Below, piece after piece: positions 56,591-64,000 of a stretch of DNA of 64,000 bases. The stretch spans positions 16,215 to 80,214 of the forward strand of contig CAZSNI010000001.1 of assembly GCA_964608465.1 (NCBI GenBank), read 5' to 3'. The notes under the pieces were generated by a model that had not been told where the DNA came from, did not search any database, and was given only the letters and a program-made list of their open reading frames with translations. The DNA comes from an uncultured Candidatus Saccharibacteria bacterium (GTDB taxonomy: Bacteria > Patescibacteriota > Minisyncoccia > Phycocordibacterales > DATDWN01). Position 1 is the first letter of the stretch. Each line of letters opens with the position of its first letter. A program made the position numbers and the translations under genes.

Positions 56591-58456
56591 ATGGAAAAAA
56601 ACGAAAAAACGACAGACTTAGATAGAAGTATAGAAAAAGTGACGGCTGGAACATCTAGCACGCCTGCTCCACGAGCACACGGAGCATCTCCAAAACCAAG
56701 ATCATTTGGAAAGAGATCTTTTGGTAGAAGAGATACACCTACTGTACGAGGTACAGCAAGAAAGGTGGAAGATATTATCCCCCCACTTGAAGGAAACAAC
56801 ATCCGAATCATACCGCTAGGAGGAGTAGAAGAAATCGGCAGAAACATGACAATGATCGAATACAAGGGAGATATCATCGTGATTGATATTGGTTTTCAAT
56901 TCAAAGACGAAGATACGCCTGGTATCGACTATATTTTGCCAAACACAAAATACCTTGAAGACAACAAAGAAAGAATCAAAGCTGTTTTCATCACACACGG
57001 ACACTTGGACCACATTGGAGGTATTCCTTTCGTTATCGATAGAATTGGTTACCCAAAAATCTACACGAGACAGTTCGGAGCGATAATGGTTCAAAAAAGA
57101 CAAGATGAGTTCCCTCACCTTAAACCACTTGATATACAAGTTATTGAAGGAAACGAAACTATTACAGTAGGTTCACTGAAAGTAAAAACTTTCCCTATTT
57201 CTCACACAATCCCAGACTCAATGGGACTAGTTATAGAAACAGAGCAAGGAAACATTGTTTTTATCGAAGACGTGCGTGTAGACAATATGAACGGAGTTCC
57301 GACAGAAGAAGAAGTCGAGCAATACAAGAGATTTAAAGACATGAACGTTCTTCTGCTTACTATGGACTCTACTTCAATTGAAAAACCTGGCTTTTCACTT
57401 TCTGAAAACGTTGTGGTAGACAACATAGATAAGTTTATTAAAGACACAAAAAGTAGACTTATTATCGCGACTTTCGCTTCCCAAGTAGAAAGAATCATCG
57501 CTATCATAAAATCTGCAGAGAAATACGGCAAGAAACTTGTTATTGAGGGACGCTCAATGAAATCAAACATTGAAATCATCAAACAACTTAAGTTGGTGGA
57601 AGTAAGTAATATTATTCCTCTAGAGGATATCGAAAACTACCCTCCAGACAGAATCATTATGCTTGTTACTGGCGCACAAGGAGAAGAATTCGCAGCGCTT
57701 ATGAGAATTGCAAACAAAACTCACAAGTATGTTCGCCTAAAACCAACAGACACAGTTCTACTTTCAGCATCAGTTATTCCAACAAACCACAAGTCAGTTG
57801 TGAACTTGAAAGATAACCTATACAGGTCTGGTGCAAAAATCGTTACTTATCTAGACTCAGATATTCACGCTTCTGGTCACGGAAACAGAGACGAGCTGAA
57901 GTGGATTCACCAACAGATTCCTTACAAGTTCTTTATGCCTGTTCACGGACAACACTACATGTTGTGCCAACACGCAGAACTTTCTTACTCACTTGGCCAC
58001 GCAAAAGAAGATATCGTTATCCCAGACAACGGTTCTATTGTTGAGATTTATGACAACGGTGCAAAGATCAGAATACTAAAAGAAAAAGTACCAGCAAGCT
58101 TGGTTCTAGTTGATGGTTTTGCAGTTGGAAACATACAGGAAATGGTTATCCGTGACAGAAAAATGCTGGCACAAGATGGAATCTTCCTTATCGTTGTAAG
58201 TCTAAACACGAAAACAGGAAAGCTTAAAAAGTCCCCTGACATTATTTCTAGAGGTTTCGTTTACTTGCGAGAGTCACAAGACCTACTAAACCACACAAGA
58301 ATGATAATCAAAAAGACAGTGGAAGATACAACAAAAGGTATGAACCCTATCGACTTTGACCTTATCAAGGGTGCGCTAGTAGATGATGTTGGAAGATACT
58401 TGTTCCAGCAAACAGCTAAAAAACCTATTGTGATTCCAGTAATACTTGGAGTTTAA
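56591..58456 (+). CDS. rnj: ribonuclease J
   Basis: Metallo-beta-lactamase HGHLDHIGG plus beta-CASP and C-terminal domain. About 60-aa low-complexity N-terminal extension. Confidence 0.85.
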   Translation: MEKNEKTTDLDRSIEKVTAGTSSTPAPRAHGASPKPRSFGKRSFGRRDTPTVRGTARKVEDIIPPLEGNNIRIIPLGGVEEIGRNMTMIEYKGDIIVIDIGFQFKDEDTPGIDYILPNTKYLEDNKERIKAVFITHGHLDHIGGIPFVIDRIGYPKIYTRQFGAIMVQKRQDEFPHLKPLDIQVIEGNETITVGSLKVKTFPISHTIPDSMGLVIETEQGNIVFIEDVRVDNMNGVPTEEEVEQYKRFKDMNVLLLTMDSTSIEKPGFSLSENVVVDNIDKFIKDTKSRLIIATFASQVERIIAIIKSAEKYGKKLVIEGRSMKSNIEIIKQLKLVEVSNIIPLEDIENYPPDRIIMLVTGAQGEEFAALMRIANKTHKYVRLKPTDTVLLSASVIPTNHKSVVNLKDNLYRSGAKIVTYLDSDIHASGHGNRDELKWIHQQIPYKFFMPVHGQHYMLCQHAELSYSLGHAKEDIVIPDNGSIVEIYDNGAKIRILKEKVPASLVLVDGFAVGNIQEMVIRDRKMLAQDGIFLIVVSLNTKTGKLKKSPDIISRGFVYLRESQDLLNHTRMIIKKTVEDTTKGMNPIDFDLIKGALVDDVGRYLFQQTAKKPIVIPVILGV

Positions 58457-58538
58457 AAATAAAAATGTTTACTGAAAAATCTCCGAAAGGAGATTTTTCC
58501 TTTAACTATGAAGAAAAGTTTATTATAATGTATACAGT

Positions 58539-59714
58539 ATGGACAGAGTTCTACTTCCTTTTAAACAAAACAAACTCCTCAACACTCTTTTTCTTTCAAA
58601 CATTTTTGTTTCTTTTCACTATGCATTGGTTATTTATCTAAACTCCTCATTTTTGAGTAACTATTTTGAAGACTCTCAGATATCTACACTGTATATTATT
58701 GGTTCTATACTAAATGTTGTAATACTTCTTAACGCCTCAAAAATTCTAGAAAAGGTAAGCAACTACAAATTTTCACTTTACACGATTGGAATAGAGTTTA
58801 CAGCCATACTTTGTTTAGCTTTTACAAACAGCCCCTTTCTTATAGCACTCAGTTTTATTACCCACCTTTCTGCAATATCGACTCTACTTTTCAACCTAGA
58901 TGTTTTCGTTGAAAGTGTTTCAGATGACGAATCTTTAACTGGAAGCATACGTGGAACATACCTCACCATAACAAACATCATGATTGTTCTCGCTCCGCTT
59001 TCGATTTCCTTCCTTTTGGCAAACGGAAACTATTCTTCGGTTTACATTCTTTCAGCTTTACTTTTAATACCTCTCTACCTGATAGTTAGAAAGTTTAAAC
59101 ATGTAAACGAGGCAAAGATGCACCATATTGAAATACAAAAGACAGTTGGTGAATATATAAAAGATAGTAACTTATACAATGTATTTGTATCCCATACCCT
59201 ACTCCAACTTTTTTATGGTTTTATGGTTATTTATACTCCACTATATTTAGAAAAGTATATTGGTTTTGCATGGTCTGAAATTGGAATCATATTCACCATA
59301 ATGCTACTGCCATTTGTAATTTTTGAACTTCCTGTTGGAGAACTCGCTGATGACAAGTATGGAGAAAAAGAATTTATGACTATAGGTTTTGCGATTATGG
59401 GACTTTTTACTCTAGTGATAAGTTTTATAACTGTAAAAAACTTTTGGCTGTGGGCGATAATACTTTTTATTACTAGAATCGGAGCAAGTTTAGTGGAAGT
59501 TAGTACTGAAAGCTATTTCTTTAAAAAAGTTAACAAAAAAAGAACCGACGTTGTCAGTCTTTTTAGAATTAGTAGACCTCTAGCACTCGTTATTGCACCA
59601 GTTATTGCAACCGTAGCGTTCGGCTTCATTCCATTTAAGTATATTTTCATAATCGTAGGATCGATTATGATTATGGGGACACATTATTCGTTAGCCTTGC
59701 GAGACACTAAATAA
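58539..59714 (+). CDS. polytopic membrane transporter (MFS-like, about 12 TM)
   Basis: Hydropathy pattern only. Confidence 0.5.
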   Translation: MDRVLLPFKQNKLLNTLFLSNIFVSFHYALVIYLNSSFLSNYFEDSQISTLYIIGSILNVVILLNASKILEKVSNYKFSLYTIGIEFTAILCLAFTNSPFLIALSFITHLSAISTLLFNLDVFVESVSDDESLTGSIRGTYLTITNIMIVLAPLSISFLLANGNYSSVYILSALLLIPLYLIVRKFKHVNEAKMHHIEIQKTVGEYIKDSNLYNVFVSHTLLQLFYGFMVIYTPLYLEKYIGFAWSEIGIIFTIMLLPFVIFELPVGELADDKYGEKEFMTIGFAIMGLFTLVISFITVKNFWLWAIILFITRIGASLVEVSTESYFFKKVNKKRTDVVSLFRISRPLALVIAPVIATVAFGFIPFKYIFIIVGSIMIMGTHYSLALRDTK

Positions 59715-60370
59715 TGATTTCCTTCGGAATCTTTTTCTGAATCAATTGTAAGTTGAGCAAAATCTGGAAATTCAATAAGAATATCCTCGACAATATCTGT
59801 CTGTCCATCTTTTAGTGCAAGGTAATATGCTTCTCTAGCGGCACTTGTCGCCTCCTCTAATTTTCCCCCAGTCCTTAACAAATCCATGACTCTTAAATTG
59901 TGTACAATATTGGCACGAACAGTGTTCTCAGCTGTAACTGCTTTCATACTTTGAACAATCCACTCTTCCATTAACTCTGCTGACCGAGCATCTTCAAAAC
60001 CGTAAGTTTCTATGTACTTTTGTACTGCAAGTTTATTTTTCTTAATTACATCTGGAGTTAATGCTTCAACTTTATTACTGCCATTAATTTCAATATGTTT
60101 TGCCAATATTGCATCAGCGACAGACTCAAGATCGGTTTTATCCGAAACTTGAACTCCAAGTGCTAACAATTCTTGTGCATATTTTACTGAGATATTTATA
60201 CCTCTCTTAACTAAAATGCTATCTTTTTTTCCAGTAATAACACCAATCTCTTCAACGGTTAATTCCAAGTTACTCAAAGACTCAGCTTTATCTAGCTTAG
60301 TTTCTTCAGGTTTCTTCTCCTCTTCAGGCTCAGGTGGCAAAACTGGCGCTCCGAAATCTTCTATTCCCAT
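59684..60370 (-). CDS. hypothetical acidic protein
   Basis: 228 aa. No recognisable motif. Confidence 0.4.
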   Translation of the reverse strand: MGIEDFGAPVLPPEPEEEKKPEETKLDKAESLSNLELTVEEIGVITGKKDSILVKRGINISVKYAQELLALGVQVSDKTDLESVADAILAKHIEINGSNKVEALTPDVIKKNKLAVQKYIETYGFEDARSAELMEEWIVQSMKAVTAENTVRANIVHNLRVMDLLRTGGKLEEATSAAREAYYLALKDGQTDIVEDILIEFPDFAQLTIDSEKDSEGNHYLVSRKANE

Positions 60371-60371
60371 T

Positions 60372-62279
60372 TTATTTTGTAGTTAGTACGTCCAGTAATT
60401 TCTTAAGTGATATTGAGGCAACATCTATAACAGAATCCCCGCCTCCGTAGTACATATATATGTAACTATTTCTAACTATAGCACCGCAAGGAAACACAAC
60501 ATAGTTTACCTGACCCTCTATCTCATAGGCCTCTCTAGGCTCAAAAATAGGGTCTGTGGTACGCGCTAGAACCTTTGTTGGGTCTTTCAAGTCTAGTAAA
60601 ACAGCCCCTACTCTATAACGAGAACGTCCTGATACTCCGTGATACAAAAGTATCCAGCCTTTGCTTGTTTTAATTGGTGGAACAGACATCCCAACTTTTA
60701 CAGAATCCCACATACCCTTACGAGCTTTTATAAGTGGAATGTTTTTAAAGTTATTTCTTTCTGGAAAAGCAGGTGTCGAACCATAGTCTACACAAACATA
60801 GTTGTGCACTCTGTGATACAAAAGATACTTCCCATTCACTCTCTCAGGATGCAAACATCCGTCCTTATCATCAACTCCATCTGCAGTAACCAGAACCGGC
60901 TTAGTCCATTTCCATTTTCTATTTTTTAAGTCACTTTCTTTTATACTAGACATAGCAACGGATGGAGGAGTTATGCCGTTATATGCTGTGTAGTAGATAT
61001 ATATTGTATTACCGATCTTTATCAACCTCGGATCTTCACAACCTGAGTTTCCGTTCGGGACGCCCTTTGCTTCAAAACCTTCACGTGGTACATAAGCTGG
61101 CTTGTCAGAAATATATGAAATATCCGTAGCGTTTACACTCTCTGCATAACCCACAACTGAAGTATTGTCGTTGCCCATAGCTCTATAAAAAATTCTTGCT
61201 GTTCCATCTACATCAATAGCAGCAGGATTGAAAATTGCTTTTTCCTCCCACGGAATATTTTTTCTTGGCTTCATTAAAGCACCCTCGCCAATACGATGAA
61301 AACCTATTTCTCTGTACGGATACTCCATAACATCTAGCAACTGATCTAGGTTTACTTTTGCCATAGCGATAGTTGTATCTGTGGCTCCATAGTAAATATG
61401 CAGATCCCCCCCTTTTATCATTGCGCCACTAGGGAAAATAGTATTCCCTATAGTACCGTTTATTTCATATGGCTCCTCTGGAACAACAAGAGCTCCACGT
61501 GTTTTACCTATAATTTTTTTAGGATCTTTAAGATCAAGCAGAAGCGCTTCAATAGCGAAAACTCTATCATGCGACTTGTGGTTTTGAATTCTGCATGTAA
61601 CCAATAGCCAACCTCTCTCTGTTTTTATAGGACAACTACCGATTTCAATTCTGTCTATATCATCACCGTGTATAAAAATATGTTTATCCAGCTTGTCATA
61701 CCATTTTTTCCAGTACTTTTCATCCCACATGTCTTCAATTTTTGAAAACTCTGCAATAGCAAGGTGAGTCGGTAGTCTGTCTGGGTTTACAGTAAGAAGC
61801 GCGACGTACTTGCCGTTTATTTTTTCAGGAAACAATGTCATCGCCTTAGCATTAAAAGGAGTTACTAGGTGCTTCTCAGAAACTTTCTTCATATCACGAC
61901 TTATTGCAAGCCCCACCTTAATACCCTCAGGAATATTCAGTGGAAATGCAGAAATCGCTGTATAGAATATAAAATACTTTCCATCAATTTTTGTAACGCG
62001 AGGATCTTCACACCCATATCTTTCCCATGGATGCTCTGGAGAAATAAATACTTCTCTGTTTTTAAAATTCACACCATCCCTACTTTCTGCTTTGCCAATA
62101 ACAGACATTGAAAATGTATTACCCTCAACACGCTCAGGAGTACACTGTGCTCGGTATACCATATGTATCTTATCTTTTATTTGAATCGGGTTACCATTGA
62201 ATACAGCATAATTCTCCCAAGAATTTTCTTGATTTGGTGCCAGTATTGGATTTAGTTTTGATCTTTTTACTACGTACAT
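60372..62279 (-). CDS. tandem double GH130-family (beta-propeller glycoside phosphorylase/hydrolase-like) protein
   Basis: Two repeats of the ...IFP.GA....Y.YYGG.D......A... propeller module. 635 aa. Confidence 0.65.
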   Translation of the reverse strand: MYVVKRSKLNPILAPNQENSWENYAVFNGNPIQIKDKIHMVYRAQCTPERVEGNTFSMSVIGKAESRDGVNFKNREVFISPEHPWERYGCEDPRVTKIDGKYFIFYTAISAFPLNIPEGIKVGLAISRDMKKVSEKHLVTPFNAKAMTLFPEKINGKYVALLTVNPDRLPTHLAIAEFSKIEDMWDEKYWKKWYDKLDKHIFIHGDDIDRIEIGSCPIKTERGWLLVTCRIQNHKSHDRVFAIEALLLDLKDPKKIIGKTRGALVVPEEPYEINGTIGNTIFPSGAMIKGGDLHIYYGATDTTIAMAKVNLDQLLDVMEYPYREIGFHRIGEGALMKPRKNIPWEEKAIFNPAAIDVDGTARIFYRAMGNDNTSVVGYAESVNATDISYISDKPAYVPREGFEAKGVPNGNSGCEDPRLIKIGNTIYIYYTAYNGITPPSVAMSSIKESDLKNRKWKWTKPVLVTADGVDDKDGCLHPERVNGKYLLYHRVHNYVCVDYGSTPAFPERNNFKNIPLIKARKGMWDSVKVGMSVPPIKTSKGWILLYHGVSGRSRYRVGAVLLDLKDPTKVLARTTDPIFEPREAYEIEGQVNYVVFPCGAIVRNSYIYMYYGGGDSVIDVASISLKKLLDVLTTK

Positions 62280-62283
62280 ATAT

Positions 62284-63354
62284 TTATATTTTATCAGTAA
62301 ACCAGAAAATTATATATGGTTTGTTCTTAGGATAAGGATAATCACCTAAATACCGAAGAAACGGCCATCTCCATTTACTTATACTTTTTGTTGGGTAAGT
62401 TACAAGCATGCGGGGATAGAACTTTCTTAGATCATTAAATGTATTGAATGTTTCAATTCTCTTAACAACTCTTTCAAATGCTGGGATAGGCCATTTTTTA
62501 AAACTAACTCCGGATCTCTTAAAAATTAGCGTGTCTCCAACCTTAATTTTACTATAATCAACATACTTTTCATTTACTAACCGAGTTTCGTATTGCTTTT
62601 TATTTAAATAAACTAGTTTATGAATCCACAGATCTGGTTTATAACTATGAATTGTATGAACTGTGCCGTCGTAAATAGGATATTTACGCATTAAATTCAT
62701 ATAATCATCATATTTTATTCTGAACTTATCCTTGTACTGTGGATTTTTAACCAACCAATTCGAAATATCAGTATACCCGCCATGAAATCCAAACTGATTA
62801 TTCCATACTATAGTTCTCTCATTCCCTTCCCAAGAGAAAACAGATGCTACAGATTCAGGAGCAAATCGCATTCCATCTTTTTCTAAATATTCACGAGCAT
62901 ATCGAGAAATAAATATGTCTTCTGGATCAATCTTATTATTTATTATTGACCAATTCTCGCTTAGCCATTTAATAAGTCTTTTACTCCTCAGACTAAAACC
63001 ACCATTTCCAACTCTTAAGTCACCAATGTGATACCAGCAAGCGCCAATGTAATCATAATTTAAAAAATCATCAGACCAAGCCTTGGGATTCAAAATAAAA
63101 CCGTCATATTGAAAAACTAATGCATATTCAGTATCAATATACTTATCTAGTTCTTTTATCATGAAACTAGAATACTCGTCTCTATTTTTAATTTTTTTTA
63201 TGTGTACTACTCTAGGATCAGTACTCGCAATTGAAGTCAGAATTTTTACCTCCGCGAACTTAATCTCTTTAGTGCATATATCTGCTGCAAGTAAAACCCT
63301 ATCTAGATCAACACAATCAACTGCTACTAAAGTAACATTATCAAGTACTTTCAT
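62284..63354 (-). CDS. hypothetical protein (possible sugar-nucleotide transferase-like)
   Basis: 356 aa. Lies between GH130-type genes. No firm motif. Confidence 0.45.
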   Translation of the reverse strand: MKVLDNVTLVAVDCVDLDRVLLAADICTKEIKFAEVKILTSIASTDPRVVHIKKIKNRDEYSSFMIKELDKYIDTEYALVFQYDGFILNPKAWSDDFLNYDYIGACWYHIGDLRVGNGGFSLRSKRLIKWLSENWSIINNKIDPEDIFISRYAREYLEKDGMRFAPESVASVFSWEGNERTIVWNNQFGFHGGYTDISNWLVKNPQYKDKFRIKYDDYMNLMRKYPIYDGTVHTIHSYKPDLWIHKLVYLNKKQYETRLVNEKYVDYSKIKVGDTLIFKRSGVSFKKWPIPAFERVVKRIETFNTFNDLRKFYPRMLVTYPTKSISKWRWPFLRYLGDYPYPKNKPYIIFWFTDKI

Positions 63355-64000
63355 TATGCCTTTTTAAGCTGATAACTTTTTGCATTTCCAGTAACTAGAT
63401 ATTTCAAAAACTGTTTTAGAGGTGTCGTTGCAACACACACAACCTTATCTCCTCCCCCATAGTACACGTACAAGTCATCTCCACGAATAACTGTACCGGA
63501 TGCATAAACCACACCAGGCTTGCCATCGTTTTCGTAATGCATATCTGGTGAAAGTATTGGATGCTCTGATCGATACAAAACTTTTGTTGGATCGTTTTCA
63601 TCCAATATCATAGCGCCAAGTCTATACTTTCCAGTATCGTTTTTCTCTAATGCATGATAAAGAAGTAACCAGCCAAGTTCTGTTTTAACAGGTGGAGGTC
63701 CTGAACCTTTTAGCAAATGTGCCCAAGAATTTTTAGGACCTGGTTGTGGACCCTCAGGTCTTGGGCTGTGAATAATATCATCAAAAGTATCTAGATCATC
63801 AACATAGTCAACTAATACTTTTGGGTAAATACTGTGAAGCACAGCGAACTTTCCATTTATTTTTTCTGGGAATATCAGCCAGTTTTTGCTTCTATTTTTT
63901 GGTGATGAAATAAGTTTTGGTTTTTTCCATGTCCATCTACCAGCCTTAAAATCTTCAACACTGATTGAGGTAAGTGCTATTCTCATTGAGTCCCAACCTT
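63354..64000 (-). CDS. GH130-family protein, C-terminal part (probably continues beyond window end)
   Basis: ...VVYASGTVIRGDDLYVYYGGGDKVVCVATT. No stop lies upstream of the first Met before the window edge. Confidence 0.55.
   Translation of the reverse strand, partial: GWDSMRIALTSISVEDFKAGRWTWKKPKLISSPKNRSKNWLIFPEKINGKFAVLHSIYPKVLVDYVDDLDTFDDIIHSPRPEGPQPGPKNSWAHLLKGSGPPPVKTELGWLLLYHALEKNDTGKYRLGAMILDENDPTKVLYRSEHPILSPDMHYENDGKPGVVYASGTVIRGDDLYVYYGGGDKVVCVATTPLKQFLKYLVTGNAKSYQLKKA

Noticed and set aside
1-64000. CRISPR arrays, rRNA genes, IS transposases, integrases, and alternative (TGA-sense) genetic code.
   Set aside because: No regularly spaced direct repeats, no rRNA-like segments and no transposase or integrase ORFs were seen. 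Long ORFs (up to 1338 aa) are uninterrupted under the standard code.

Overview
This 64 kb window is AT-rich (roughly 35% GC by eye) and has the gene content of a reduced bacterial genome, most plausibly a CPR/Patescibacteria-like organism. Long ORFs contain no in-frame TGA, so the standard genetic code appears to be in use. Most genes sit on the minus strand in tight arrays.

Housekeeping genes present: gyrB (partial), pheST, tsf, rpsB, prfA, rpmE, L25, a glycolysis/pentose-phosphate block (fba, a PfkB-family kinase, split transketolase, rpe, rpiB, gap), class I nrdAB, ppiB, an RRM-type RNA-binding protein, a sigma-70-family factor, dinB, secG, RNase J, tRNA-Thr(UGU) and tRNA-Ser(GGA).

Features that stand out:
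- A tight four-gene minus-strand operon (39450-46015) is the best candidate for a novel system. It is centred on a 1338-aa T5orf172(GIY-YIG-like) + SF2 helicase + N6-adenine methyltransferase fusion, preceded by a GIY-YIG protein and followed by two unknown proteins. It looks like a restriction-modification / defence module of Type ISP-like layout but with unusual composition.
- At least nine compositionally distinct GC-rich (about 50-60% GC) mini-cassettes are scattered through the AT-rich backbone. Each carries a small ORF (36-175 aa) with a strong Shine-Dalgarno and its own long GC-rich hairpin terminator; two share a near-identical 3' module.
- A roughly 110-nt structured-RNA-like motif occurs twice (1144-1258 and 29982-30085), with compensatory base changes in two helices.
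- A duplicate of the tRNA-Ser 5' half lies next to a GC-rich NUDIX gene.
- The sigma factor carries an extra C-terminal region-4-like domain.
- A translationally coupled two-peptide operon sits directly downstream of nrdAB.

No CRISPR array, rRNA or IS transposase was seen.
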